The notes: a model not told the origin generated them from the sequence alone. A stretch of DNA of 64,000 bases from Candidatus Methanophagaceae archaeon GoMg1 (GCA_013180605.1 QBUL01000189.1:2483-66482); one strand, 5' to 3'; positions 28,403 to 38,480 are shown, numbered from the stretch's first letter. Translations and numbers: made by a program.

Positions 28403-28905
28403 ATGCTCTGGTTCATATTCGCATTTTTAACGGCACTCTTCGAGGCAACGAAAGACGTCCTCAGCAAGAAAAGCCTGAAAGACATAGACGAATACGTAGT
28501 TGCATGGTCATTGCCGTGCTTTGCGCTGCCCTTTCTGTTACCCCTCCTGTTTTTTATATTTTTCTGATTGTTACAGGCTCGTATCTGCTGAACATAAACC
28601 ACAGTAAAAAATACCGATCTCATGGATATAAAAATAGATACCTTGCCCCGTTTAAAGCGCTGCTGAAAGAAAAAGGTCCAAGATTGATGCTGGTGGTGGC
28701 ATTCATCTGGAGTTTAACCGCCAACATTGACAAGATTGGACTGCAAAATTCGTCTCCACTCTTTTGGGTAATTGCCGTAGACATCTATGTTGCACTACTC
28801 ATGTTACCGCTATGTAACCTGATATTCAAAGAGAAGGGTATAAGAGAGCGATTAGTGGGTGCAATCGTGATGGTATTTGGTGTTTTATTTATAACGCTGT
28901 TTTAG
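28403..28905 (+). pseudogene. Frameshifted EamA/DMT-family transporter remnant
   Basis: The N-terminal 'MLWFIFAFLTALFEATKDVLSKKSLKD…' runs in frame 2 to a stop near 28566. The continuation 28504..28905 is in frame 1. The combined length is shorter than intact EamA proteins. Confidence 0.4.
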
Positions 28906-28922
28906 TATTTAAAAGCAAGGAA

Positions 28923-29978
28923 GTGCCTACCATGTACCGTCCAAACTTCACCATTACGAACAAAATCCTCAACCACATAGCAGATATTTCTGCTTCTCGC
29001 GAGGTCATACTTAACGCACCGCTGCTCCCGAAATGGGAGGTCAAACTGAGAAAGGAAGCAATTCTAAAGATGACGCACCATTCTACAAGTATCGAAGGGA
29101 ACAGACTCACAATGGAAGAGGTTAATAGGCTGCTCCGCGGTGAAGATATAGCGGCATGGGAAAAGGACAAAAAAGAGGTCTTAGGATATGTGAAGGTTCT
29201 GGAATACATAGACAAGTTAGGAGAAAAAGGTGCTGACAATATTACTGAGGACATAATCCTGGAAATACACAGGTTAAATACCATGGGAATTCTTACGGAT
29301 TCCGAAGCCGGGCACTATCGAAAAGTGGAGGTAGCAGTGGTTAACGGTCTGGGAAGGGTAACCTTTCAACCACCGGAAGCATCACAAGTTCCCGCTTTAA
29401 TGCACGATTTTGTTGCTTGGCTAAACGGTAAAGAAGCAAAAGAATTATATTACACTGTTTTGGTGAGCGGGATTGCACATTACGAACTCGTTCGGATACA
29501 CCCATTTGTAGATGGCAACGGTAGAACTGCGCGGGCACTGGCAACGTTGATTCTATACCTCCGCGATTTTGACACGAAACGTTTTTTTGCGTTGGATGAT
29601 TATTATAATGAAGAACGCAGCAGATACTACGCAGCTCTGCAAACCGTTGACCAAGAAACAATAAACATCTCACAATGGTTAGAGTACTTTACGGAAGGCG
29701 TTGCAGTAAGTATGGGACGCGTGAAACAAGCCATTTTAGACCTGAGTGTAGACCTGCATCTAAAAGAACAAAGGGGACAAATATACTTAAACGATAGGCA
29801 GATGAAGATTCTCAAGTATCTTCAGACTAATCCAAGAATTACCATCAGTGAGATACAGAAAATGTTCGATAAAAAAATTAGTAGAGACACTGCAAACCGT
29901 GCTCTCAAACCACTGTTAGAAAATAAGTTGGTGAAAAGGATAGGTAAAGGGAGGGCGATATACTATGAACTGGCATAA
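28923..29978 (+). CDS. Fic-domain (AMPylation-family) protein with an N-terminal inhibitory helix and a C-terminal winged HTH
   Basis: Fic motif 'HPFVDGNGRTARAL'; inhibitory (S/T)xxxE(G/N) motif 'STSIEGN' at aa ~54; C-terminal 'ITISEIQKMF…KLVKRIGKGRAIYYEL'. Confidence 0.85.
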   Translation: MPTMYRPNFTITNKILNHIADISASREVILNAPLLPKWEVKLRKEAILKMTHHSTSIEGNRLTMEEVNRLLRGEDIAAWEKDKKEVLGYVKVLEYIDKLGEKGADNITEDIILEIHRLNTMGILTDSEAGHYRKVEVAVVNGLGRVTFQPPEASQVPALMHDFVAWLNGKEAKELYYTVLVSGIAHYELVRIHPFVDGNGRTARALATLILYLRDFDTKRFFALDDYYNEERSRYYAALQTVDQETINISQWLEYFTEGVAVSMGRVKQAILDLSVDLHLKEQRGQIYLNDRQMKILKYLQTNPRITISEIQKMFDKKISRDTANRALKPLLENKLVKRIGKGRAIYYELA

Positions 29979-30000
29979 TGTAAACAATCGTCAGATTATC
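29966..30000 (+). repeat. Short tandem repeat (CGTCAGATTAT), about 2.7 copies, straddling the Fic stop codon
   Basis: Seen directly: 'aatcgtcagattatcgtcagattatcgtcagg'. Confidence 0.6.
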
Positions 30001-30032
30001 GTCAGATTATCGTCAGGTGGGGCACAGTCTAA

Positions 30033-30136
30033 AAATATAGTGATTTATCACCGCGGAGAGCGCCGAGTCCGCAGAGTTTTAAGACTGTTTCAATCGTTGC
30101 TCGTTTTTTCTGGTGCCTCTGCGTTCTCCGTGTGCT
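30033..30136 (+). repeat. MITE-like element (subfamily with internal 'cttaagactgtttcaatcgttgctc'), with shared 5' flank 'aaaat(a)tagtgatttatcaccgc'
   Basis: TIR 'tcaccgcggagagcgccgag…ctctgcgttctccgtgtgctctgcggtga'; paralog of 31055-31219. Confidence 0.75.
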
Positions 30137-30214
30137 CTGCGGTGATTTTTGAGGATATAGCAATTTCACTGAAAAATTTGACAGTGCCGTCAGGTGGTAA
30201 AAACGGATAAATAA

Positions 30215-30985
30215 TTGGGAGAAGGACAGAAAATGGGAAAAGTATATCTCGTGGGTGCAGGACCGGGAGACCCGGAACTGATAAGTTTGAAGGCGTATCG
30301 GCTTATACAAGAAGCAGACGTGGTATTAGTTGACAATTTGGTTTTAGGCGTGAAGAAGCTGATCCCTGAAGGTAAGAAAGTCATTGACATCGGAAAAACG
30401 GCAAAGGAGCACAAACTTTCGCAGGATGGGATAAACATGCTCATGGTTGACCTATCGGAACAATATGATAAGGTAGTGCGATTGAAAGGCGGAGATCCCT
30501 ACATTTTCGGTAGAGGTGGCGAAGAGGCGGTGTTTCTCAGGAAGCACGGTGTTGATTTTGACGTGGTGCCCGGGATAACATCGGCAGTTGCCGCACCTGC
30601 TTATTTCTACATTCCGCTTACATACCGCGGCATTTCTTCTGCCGTTACTGTAATCACGGGGCATGAGATGGACGAAAAAGAAGAAAGTGATAGTAATAGC
30701 ATCAACTGGGAAGCGATTGCGAATTTGAAGGGCACGCTCGTCATTCTGATGGGTGTGGGAAATCTTGCTAAAAATGTAGACAAACTTCTGAAACACGGAC
30801 TGCATGCCGAAACGCCTGTTGCTGCGATTGAAAAAGGATTTACCCCTGATGCGCGGGTTGTAGTTGGAACGCTGGGGAACATCGTGGATGTAGCAGCGAA
30901 AGAAAAGGTGAAGCCACCTGCGGTGATTGTGGTTGGAGAGGTGGTTAATGTGAGGGAGAAGTTGGTTCTACACCCTGAGAAGTGA
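30215..30985 (+). CDS. cobA: Uroporphyrinogen-III C-methyltransferase (SUMT)
   Basis: 'VYLVGAGPGDPELISLKAYRLIQEADVVLVD' and 'GGDPYIFGRGGEE'. Confidence 0.9.
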   Translation: MGEGQKMGKVYLVGAGPGDPELISLKAYRLIQEADVVLVDNLVLGVKKLIPEGKKVIDIGKTAKEHKLSQDGINMLMVDLSEQYDKVVRLKGGDPYIFGRGGEEAVFLRKHGVDFDVVPGITSAVAAPAYFYIPLTYRGISSAVTVITGHEMDEKEESDSNSINWEAIANLKGTLVILMGVGNLAKNVDKLLKHGLHAETPVAAIEKGFTPDARVVVGTLGNIVDVAAKEKVKPPAVIVVGEVVNVREKLVLHPEK

Positions 30986-31054
30986 AAAACCATATTGCTC
31001 GAAGTTCCTTCCGATCAAAAGAAAAGGCATTTTTTATCCACGAGGCGACACTAT

Positions 31055-31219
31055 CTAAAAATCAAGTGATTTATCACCGCCGAGATCGCAGAGACCACAG
31101 AGTCTTAAGACTGTTTCAATCGTTGCTCAGATTTTCTGACACAGATTTACACTGATTTACGCGGACTTATATCTGTGTCTATAATTTATGTCTCTGCGTT
31201 CTCCGTGTGCTCTGCAGTG
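31055..31219 (+). repeat. MITE-like element with a nested CAGATTA-type element ('tgacacagatttacactgatttacgcggacttatatctgtgtc') inserted in its middle
   Basis: Same ends as 30033-30136, with a ~55-bp insert at 31137-31190. Confidence 0.7.
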
Positions 31220-31280
31220 AAATTTAAGGATATATATAGCAATTTCGCAGATTAAGAATAGGGCGATTGCTCGCCCATTC

Positions 31281-32196
31281 TCATCTCAGAACGGTACGTG
31301 AAAGTTTCCCCTCATACCGCTCAAGCATTTCATAACCCTTTCTGTATCGGGCAGCAGTTTGGTTCCGTGGCATTTGGTCTTTTGATTTTAGTTTAACTGC
31401 TCTTGTAATTCTGGCTTGCAGCCTGTTAACATGTTTTTCAGCCTTTTTCCAGTCGATATCCATCCACCTGATTTTTGGTTGAATGTCTGTAAGTCTCTCG
31501 CCTATTGTAGGCGTAATTGAACTACTTACATTCACAGGTTTGCCTCCATGCATACAATGAAACACCTTTCGGTAAGTCAGCACCCTTTCGAGTTAGGGCA
31601 AATTTTGAACCCCTATACGCCTCATTACAAGATGTCATTCGCTTTTTACCGATTCCTCTACCCTATATGCCATCGTTTACCCTTACGAGGTCCCTACCCA
31701 GCGATTCCGGGAGCATATAGGGCTTACCAAGTTCTACATCGCAGATAACTATGAACGCCTTAGAAGCCATCTGTGAGCCGAGAACCGTTTGTCCATCCAC
31801 CATAACGTCCCAGTAGCCGTTATGGCCTGATTCCGCACCTTTTGGTCTAAGCGTATCAACCCAATTTCGCTTATTCTAATTTACGACTCCCACAATGGTT
31901 CGCATTACACTCTTCATAGCGTTCTTATCCTGGCAGTTGATCTGAGCTGGGTTCTCGGATTTTTCCACGTTGTCCTGCAAGCTTACCACGCAAGCGTTAC
32001 CCCCGGCGTGTTCCGCAGTAGGATTACCCCTGATGGATGGGGTAGCCACAAAGCAATCCGCGATGCAACTTCTTGTCAACAAACTGGAAAATTAGATAGT
32101 GCCAGAAACTTTAGCTTACGACCTTACGACCGTGCTATTCTTTGGGGTTAGTTGTCCTCTGGCGGAACTGGGATACAACCCTGAGAGGATTCGCCG
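31281..32196 (-). mobile_element. 5' portion of a group II intron (RNA domains I-III plus the first ~100 codons of the intron-encoded reverse transcriptase), truncated at its 3' side
   Basis: ORF 31281..31583 (minus): '…IDWKKAEKHVNRLQARITRAVKLKSKDQ' is the conserved N-terminal 'W..I.W…V..LQ.RI..A' segment of group II IEPs. The ~600 nt upstream (minus orientation) is structured non-coding RNA-like sequence beginning near GTGACG at 32196. Confidence 0.5.
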
Positions 32197-32469
32197 TCAC
32201 CAGGTAAATCTCGCAGTGCTGGTATCAAAGCATGATAAAAGTTCTTGGTCAGATAGACCATGCCATTGCTGAAGCACTAACAGCTTGACCATTAACACCT
32301 CATCGAGGTTTGGTCTGCCGCCTCGCTCGCTCCTGTTCTCATACATCTCCCCCACTATTCGACGAAAAGCTCCCCAGTCTATCACTGACCCGATCTCCAT
32401 TAGCCTGTCTCCGAGCTGTTTAACTCGCTCATACTCCTCATTAAGTGCAAAATCGATAATGGACTTCAT
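32197..32469 (-). pseudogene. N-terminal fragment of an IS5-family DDE transposase, interrupted by the group II intron remnant
   Basis: 'GRPNLDEVLMVKLLVLQQWHGLSDQELLSCF' is the IS5/DDE_Tnp_1 N-terminal motif (GRP…L…LLQ.W..LSD.EL). Confidence 0.5.
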
Positions 32470-32820
32470 GTATATGTTTATACCGATAACAACATATAAC
32501 CTTTTACGCTTTTAGCGCTTTGAAGCTCAATTTGTGTATCTTTTTTCTCATGATTGGTTCCATCAGCTCCCGTTGGTTATATGATTCTTTAACTGTCTTC
32601 TTCAAGGAGTGGGGGTTTTTCAAAATTTTCTTAAGGTTAATATCGAGTTGGATGATATGTCTTTGAAAGAGGTAAAATCAATGGCATTCGTAATAAAAAA
32701 TGTTATATATGATCAAGCATAGTTAATAACATAGCAGTATACCCGAGTGTCCCACCTTCATTCCGAAGTCAACTGGAAAAATGCTTGTTATAGTACAAAT
32801 GGCAATCAAGACATTTTGAA

Positions 32821-34719
32821 TTATTTTCTCCTCCTCCTCATTCTTATGATGAAATAAGTTCCTGTCACCAAAGCCATTATCTCTAACATGCTCAGTGCTG
32901 GTATTGCCTTCGATGGCTTTATCAATAAAAATCCGTTTTCCACTTCAAAAGGGGCGTCATGATTGTTATCATCCTTTAGCCTTTTTACTTCTAACCCAAG
33001 CTCACTACTTTCATTTTCTTTTCCTATGGCTCTCAATTTTAGCTCTGCGAATTTTATATCTCCCTTTACTTTTGCACCTGGCGTGACAGGACTAATCGAT
33101 TCGATAAAATCTGTGTGCCCACCAGTTCCAGCACAAGGATAGGTATACGGTCTGCTAATCCTGATGTTCCCCGGTGGTTTAATTCTGCCTTTATGTGTTC
33201 CCATAATGCTTGGGTAAGTGACAGTACCAGTGCCAAAGCGAATTGGTTTTACACATGCTGCCCTGTCAGATAAAGTGCCAAAGTTAAAGTTTACATAATA
33301 GTCACCAAGGCCATGGTATATACCATTCAAATATGTGACAGCTTTTTCCCTGCTTAGCTCACTAATATTTAAATCTTGATATAACTTGTGCTGGGTCTTT
33401 ATAAAGCCATGTTCATAAATATGGTAAATATCATAAGCGATAGGATATTGTATTATGCTTGCGGTTTCAATATAGGCAACGCTGTCATTACAAGTAATGC
33501 TATTGAAATGTCCATGACCTGAAAGAACTGCTACAACATTTGGATAGTTATCTAATAAGTCCTTAAATTCTTTTCTATTATCGATGTATGGGCTCCAACT
33601 TGGAATGCTCGGAAGTTCAGGCAACTCATTAACTAAAAAGTGTAAGCATATTATGGTTGGCATTGCATTAAGTGCTTTTAAATCATCGTGTAACCATTTC
33701 ATAATATCTTTGGTAAGGATACCTTGGTTGGGGTTAGTATCGTTTGCACTATCTAATATTATAAAGTGCCATCCTAAGAAATCAAAGCTGTAAGTAGAGT
33801 TTTCATGAAATAATTCAGCCCATTTTGTTATCCATGAGCCCTCAAATTTGTCGTGATTGCCGATAACCGTATAGAAAGGTTTATCTAAGTGATTCAAATG
33901 TTCACTTACATTATCAAACTCATATGATTGACCATTATCAGTTAAGTCACCTAATAAGACAGTAAAGTTAACGTCTTCCGCATTGATCGCTGAGACCAGG
34001 TCTGCTAAAAGCTGGTTGCTATAATTATACATATGACCAACTTTACTTATACTATCAGAACTTGACCAATGAATATCAGTTGCAACTGCAAACGAAAAGA
34101 GGTAATTTCCAACCCCCAATGGAAGTGTTGTAAAGTTGTTTGTTTCGTTAAAAGAGCAGTTAATTCTATAATAATAGGTTTTTTCTTCATCTAGTCCTTT
34201 TATCTTAACCCAATGGAATTTTGTTGATAGATCCGGTGCAGGAAGAATGTTATTCAAGTCAGAAGAAGAGAGACCATAGTCAAAGAAGCAACGTGATTCT
34301 GTTGATGTAACCCAGCTCATATCAAAACTATTCGAACCAACCGAAACAACTTCGTCTCTAGTATAATTGCGTTCTTCTAAACTGCTAACGGATCCACTCA
34401 AATAGCCATCAATAATAGTACTATTTCTGTATTCTCCCATAAGTATAAGCTCAAAGTACGTTCCATTATAAACAAAAATCGTATCTCCAACGCTTGCATT
34501 ATCTACAGTCGCCGGAATCGTTGAATAATCGTCAGGAACATAAATAGCGGTTGAAGACAAAGAGACATTTGAACCAGATATCTTGTTTGTTGGATTTGAA
34601 GTGACAACGCTACCACTTGCAACTATCACCAAGGCGATTGAGATTGCCAATATCTTCATCGTGTTTTTGCTTTCTATTTTGAACCACCACCTATAGTTTG
34701 AATTTGGCACGCCGGTCAT
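32821..34719 (-). CDS. Secreted calcineurin-like metallophosphoesterase (purple-acid-phosphatase-like) with an FN3-like N-domain, a shared 'GTHxGxIKP…YTYPCxGTGGHT' domain and a C-terminal TM anchor
   Basis: 'FAVATDIHWSS', 'VLLGDLTDNG', 'VIGNHD', 'VLSGHGHFN' metallophosphatase motifs; N-terminal signal; C-terminus '…MLEIMALVTGTYFIIRMRRRRK'. Confidence 0.7.
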   Translation of the reverse strand: MTGVPNSNYRWWFKIESKNTMKILAISIALVIVASGSVVTSNPTNKISGSNVSLSSTAIYVPDDYSTIPATVDNASVGDTIFVYNGTYFELILMGEYRNSTIIDGYLSGSVSSLEERNYTRDEVVSVGSNSFDMSWVTSTESRCFFDYGLSSSDLNNILPAPDLSTKFHWVKIKGLDEEKTYYYRINCSFNETNNFTTLPLGVGNYLFSFAVATDIHWSSSDSISKVGHMYNYSNQLLADLVSAINAEDVNFTVLLGDLTDNGQSYEFDNVSEHLNHLDKPFYTVIGNHDKFEGSWITKWAELFHENSTYSFDFLGWHFIILDSANDTNPNQGILTKDIMKWLHDDLKALNAMPTIICLHFLVNELPELPSIPSWSPYIDNRKEFKDLLDNYPNVVAVLSGHGHFNSITCNDSVAYIETASIIQYPIAYDIYHIYEHGFIKTQHKLYQDLNISELSREKAVTYLNGIYHGLGDYYVNFNFGTLSDRAACVKPIRFGTGTVTYPSIMGTHKGRIKPPGNIRISRPYTYPCAGTGGHTDFIESISPVTPGAKVKGDIKFAELKLRAIGKENESSELGLEVKRLKDDNNHDAPFEVENGFLLIKPSKAIPALSMLEIMALVTGTYFIIRMRRRRK

Positions 34720-34877
34720 AGTTAGATTAATTAAGCTTATATTTAAATCCTCTGTATCATGTGGGCATACTTCTTAAAATGTTCATTGAAAAGTTTATCA
34801 TTCGATCACCGAAAAGCTTTTATATGCATAAACCTTTCAAATATATGCGACTTTCAGTCGTTGTAAAATTTTAGGAG

Positions 34878-36035
34878 GTGAAAAAGAAAAAGATGAAAAA
34901 ACAACTTGCAATAGTGGTGGTAGCAATTTTAGTGTTGTCTGGTATACCCATGGTGTCAGCAAACCAAGCAGCTGCAATCAATGAGCAAAACGAAATTAGT
35001 AAGATGCTTAAAATTGCCAGTCAGGCTGAATACATAAGGTCTATGACAGAATGTGACATGCCGTCTTCGTTCAGCTTGATTGAAAGAGAAGGCGTTAAAA
35101 AGGTTGATAAAGAAAAAATAGGCATCACACAAATACCTGTGCAGCCCTCAGCTCAAAACATAAGCTTTGCTTTCCCGGCAGGCGACTTAAATGGTGACTC
35201 TGCGGATGATGTGTTGCTACATGTTTATAAGTACAATCCAGCTACGGAGTTAAGCACATGCGGGATTATTGCACTAAATGGAAATAATGGTACAGAACTC
35301 TGGAATCAGACATTTAACAATGCGTTGGCAGTTGCATATCCCGCTGGGGACTTAAATGGAGATGGAACGAATGACATCATAATAGACGTTGTAATGGGAA
35401 TAGGATTATACCCATATAGTAAAATAATCGCAGTAGATGGAAACAATGGAGCAGAAATTTGGAGCAACACAGAACCTTTTGCAGTAACTCTTGCATTTCC
35501 CAGTGGCGATCTTACTGGAGATAACATCACTGAATTGATGGTTCATGTATATAGCCTAGACATGATAAACGAAACAATCATAACCACAATAAGCCCTGTG
35601 GATGGAAGCAATGGGGAAGAGCTCGGGAGCAGGAGGTTTGACAACGCCATTGCAATCGCTTATCCTGTTGACGATTTAACCAGCGATGGCATGGATGACA
35701 GTATTGTAGGCGTTTATAGAATTGAAATAGCAGAAATTGAAACAGAAGAAGCTCCAGTTCCTATTTCTAGTGAAATCGTTGCCATAGATGGAAGCGATGG
35801 CTCAAATCTTTGGAATAAAACCTTCAACAATTCACTAGCAATCGCCTATCCTGCAGGGGATTTAACAGGTGATGGCGCCATCGATTTGCTAATAGGAAAT
35901 TACATATTTGAATCCGAAAACGAGACTACAATTATTAGCGAGATAATGGCAATAAGAGGCTATGACGGCATGGTTCTGTGGATAAGAGACAGTGATGGCA
36001 TAGTACCGTGTGGAGTGAGTAAATTGTTAGCTTAG
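34878..36035 (+). CDS. Secreted FG-GAP/VCBS-repeat beta-propeller protein
   Basis: Five or more repeats of '(I/V/L)A(F/Y)P(A/S)GDL(N/T)GDGxxD(L/I)(L/I)': 'FAFPAGDLNGDSADDVLL', 'VAYPAGDLNGDGTNDIII', 'IAYPAGDLTGDGAIDLLIG'. Confidence 0.7.
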   Translation: MKKKKMKKQLAIVVVAILVLSGIPMVSANQAAAINEQNEISKMLKIASQAEYIRSMTECDMPSSFSLIEREGVKKVDKEKIGITQIPVQPSAQNISFAFPAGDLNGDSADDVLLHVYKYNPATELSTCGIIALNGNNGTELWNQTFNNALAVAYPAGDLNGDGTNDIIIDVVMGIGLYPYSKIIAVDGNNGAEIWSNTEPFAVTLAFPSGDLTGDNITELMVHVYSLDMINETIITTISPVDGSNGEELGSRRFDNAIAIAYPVDDLTSDGMDDSIVGVYRIEIAEIETEEAPVPISSEIVAIDGSDGSNLWNKTFNNSLAIAYPAGDLTGDGAIDLLIGNYIFESENETTIISEIMAIRGYDGMVLWIRDSDGIVPCGVSKLLA

Positions 36036-36134
36036 CACGAGTAAGGAAGAACTGGCTGGAAAACGTTAAAAAATTAGCCGCTTAATGCGGCTTTATTTTT
36101 TATTTCTTTTATTCTCTCGTCACTCCGTTTTTTT

Positions 36135-37175
36135 TCACGCTTTCCTTCTGTGCCTAAGCACCAAATACGCAACTGCAAGGAGTCCAGCAATAGCAAAAAC
36201 GGCTTCAAATCCTGGTGTTGGAGTTGGCTGAGGTGACACTGTTGGAGTTGGCGTGGGAGATGGAGTTGATGGTGGACCCGGCGAAGGCGCTACAATCACA
36301 CTTGGCGTTATTGTTGATAGAGGCGTGGGCATAGGGGAGAGGGTTGGTGTGGGGGTTATAACGGGCGTAGGAGTTGGCGCTGGCGTGGTGTCTGGTGCTC
36401 CACTTCCATCCTTTCCCCCGCCATCTCTACCATCAGATGACGGTGTTGATGTAGGAGAAGGCATTGGACTCGGAGAAGGTGAAGAGGTTGGAATTGGTGT
36501 GGGTTCAGTAAGAACAATTTTAACTGTCCTTTCTATTCCTCCAGCAGTAATCAAAAATTCACCAAGAGGGACACCCCCTGTATTTATGTCAAGTTCAAAA
36601 TCACCATTTGAATCAGCATTGACTTTAATCGACATGCCAGTTGTCAGGATTACAGAAGTTGCCTCATCTGCTACCGCACCGTATACCTTAACATTTCTCT
36701 TGCCCTCGATATCGATTGTATCCCCTAAAATTGATAACGGAAGCGAAATAGAAAGTGTAGCAATACCATTCGTTGCTTTTTTGGGTCCTTCTAGGGGGTA
36801 TTTAAATGTCCCAAAGCCAAGAATTGGTATCGGGCCTAATGAAACTCGAATATCTTTTATATTCTCAGCAGTTACAGAAAATCTTTTTTCACCAGCAGGG
36901 AAGTGAATGTCATTGAATTCACGAGCATATTTAGCATCTGATACAGGTAAAGAAATCACAAATGATGATTTTAACCATACCTCTTCGTTTGGCGATGCCT
37001 TCCCTGATATTGATAACGTCTCACCTTGTACAACTATTTGAGGGTTTACATTCAGTCCAGTTACGCTTGCGCCAGAAATTGTTACAGAAGCTATACCAAT
37101 AAACGCACAGAGTAACAACAGACCAATGCAAGATGCTACTTTAATATGTTTCATGTTCATCTCCATCTCAATCAC
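36135..37175 (-). CDS. Cell-surface (S-layer-like) protein with a Pro/Thr/Ser linker and a PGF-CTERM archaeosortase sorting signal
   Basis: C-terminus 'PTPTPGFEAVFAIAGLLAVAYLVLRHRRKA' (PGF, then TM, then a basic tail). Linker 'TPIPTSSPSPSPMPSPTSTPSS…PTPTPVITPTPTLSPMPTP'. Confidence 0.7.
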   Translation of the reverse strand: MIEMEMNMKHIKVASCIGLLLLCAFIGIASVTISGASVTGLNVNPQIVVQGETLSISGKASPNEEVWLKSSFVISLPVSDAKYAREFNDIHFPAGEKRFSVTAENIKDIRVSLGPIPILGFGTFKYPLEGPKKATNGIATLSISLPLSILGDTIDIEGKRNVKVYGAVADEATSVILTTGMSIKVNADSNGDFELDINTGGVPLGEFLITAGGIERTVKIVLTEPTPIPTSSPSPSPMPSPTSTPSSDGRDGGGKDGSGAPDTTPAPTPTPVITPTPTLSPMPTPLSTITPSVIVAPSPGPPSTPSPTPTPTVSPQPTPTPGFEAVFAIAGLLAVAYLVLRHRRKA

Positions 37176-37202
37176 TCCTAATCAATTTGTCATTATAGCT
37201 TA

Positions 37203-38348
37203 TTAATATAATATTTTAATAGCTGGAATCCAATCATAATATACCTTTCCATTTGCAGCCTCGAATTGTGTGCATGTGATTGTTCCCCCGGTCACATTTG
37301 CCGTGCGTTCATGTATGATTTGTGGATAAGAGCCTGTGTGAATGGTGTAGTTGTATGTTTCCCCTGCATCGAGCGTAATTTCATCAAAAGTTATATTATG
37401 CCAATCTCCTCTATATCCAGTACAATTTGCTTCTACAATAACTCGGGTATCATTCCAGATTTTTACTCGTTCTGTGTGCCCACCTGTACCTGGACATGGA
37501 TACGTATATAGTTTGGATACCGTAATTGTTTGATTTGGCTTTATTGTCCCGTGGTGTGTTCCACAGATACTGGGATAAGGATTTTCTGGCGACCCTGTAT
37601 CGAATACTGGCGTTGGTATAGGTGGAGTTGGTGTAGGAGAAGGCGTTGGACTTGGAGAAGGTGGGGTGGTTGGAGTTGGTGTGGGTTCAGTAAGGACAAT
37701 GCTAACTGTCTTTTCTATTTCACCCGCGGTTATAAAAAATTCACCCGTCGGGACCCCCTCGGTAGTAATATTGAGAGAAAAATCACCGTTTGAATCGGCG
37801 GTGACTTTGATTGACATATTAACATTCAGGGTTACAAAATTTGCATCCTCTGCTACATCTCCATATATCTTAACGTTTTTTCTGTCATTGATATTAATAA
37901 TTATATTCTCCCAGGTTATCGGAAACGAAATAGAAATAGTGGCGGTGCCATTAGTTGCTTTCTTAGGTCCTTCCAGAGGATATTTAATGGTCTGTCGGAA
38001 TACCGGACTTAATACTATTCGAATATTTTTTATATTCTCAGCGGTTACAGAGAATGCTTTCTCACCAGCAGGGAAGTAAATACCATTGAATTCACGAGAA
38101 TATTTAGCATCAGAAACAGGTAAAGAAATCACCGATGATGAACTTATCCATATCTCTTCGTTTGGCGATGCCTTTCCATATATTGATAACGTCTCACCTT
38201 GCACAACTACTTCTGGGTTTACATTCAGTTCAGTTACATCTGCACCTGTGATAGTGATAGTTATGAAAAATGCAAATGTGAACATCAACGCTAAAGCAAA
38301 TATGGTAAAAATCCCATTTTTTTTCTTCATCTCTATTCTTTTCTTCAT
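37203..38348 (-). CDS. Cell-surface protein paralogous (N-terminal ~230 aa) to 36135..37175, but ending in a soluble 'ETYNYTIHTGSYPQI…WIPAIKILY' domain instead of PGF-CTERM
   Basis: 'NVNPEVVVQGETLSIYGKASPNEEIWI' vs 'NVNPQIVVQGETLSISGKASPNEEVWL'. Its C-terminal domain is shared with 32821..34719 and with the pseudogene at 54849. Confidence 0.6.
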   Translation of the reverse strand: MKKRIEMKKKNGIFTIFALALMFTFAFFITITITGADVTELNVNPEVVVQGETLSIYGKASPNEEIWISSSSVISLPVSDAKYSREFNGIYFPAGEKAFSVTAENIKNIRIVLSPVFRQTIKYPLEGPKKATNGTATISISFPITWENIIININDRKNVKIYGDVAEDANFVTLNVNMSIKVTADSNGDFSLNITTEGVPTGEFFITAGEIEKTVSIVLTEPTPTPTTPPSPSPTPSPTPTPPIPTPVFDTGSPENPYPSICGTHHGTIKPNQTITVSKLYTYPCPGTGGHTERVKIWNDTRVIVEANCTGYRGDWHNITFDEITLDAGETYNYTIHTGSYPQIIHERTANVTGGTITCTQFEAANGKVYYDWIPAIKILY

Positions 38349-38480
38349 CTTCGTTCTTATTATTACTTGTGGAGAAGTTTGTAGGAGTGAACTTCAGAAT
38401 TATGTATGATTTTTATAAAAATAAAAAGGTCCCTATAGATAGCCTATAGGGCGCTATCCTTTTCTTTTTTCTTTATGGGT

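Noticed and set aside
36253-36906. Plus-strand ORFs (36253-36906, 37666-38079) rich in Gly/Val opposite the S-layer-like genes
   Set aside because: Mirror translation of the PTPTPSP linker and beta-rich regions. The minus-strand genes have signal peptides and PGF-CTERM and are clearly the real ones.
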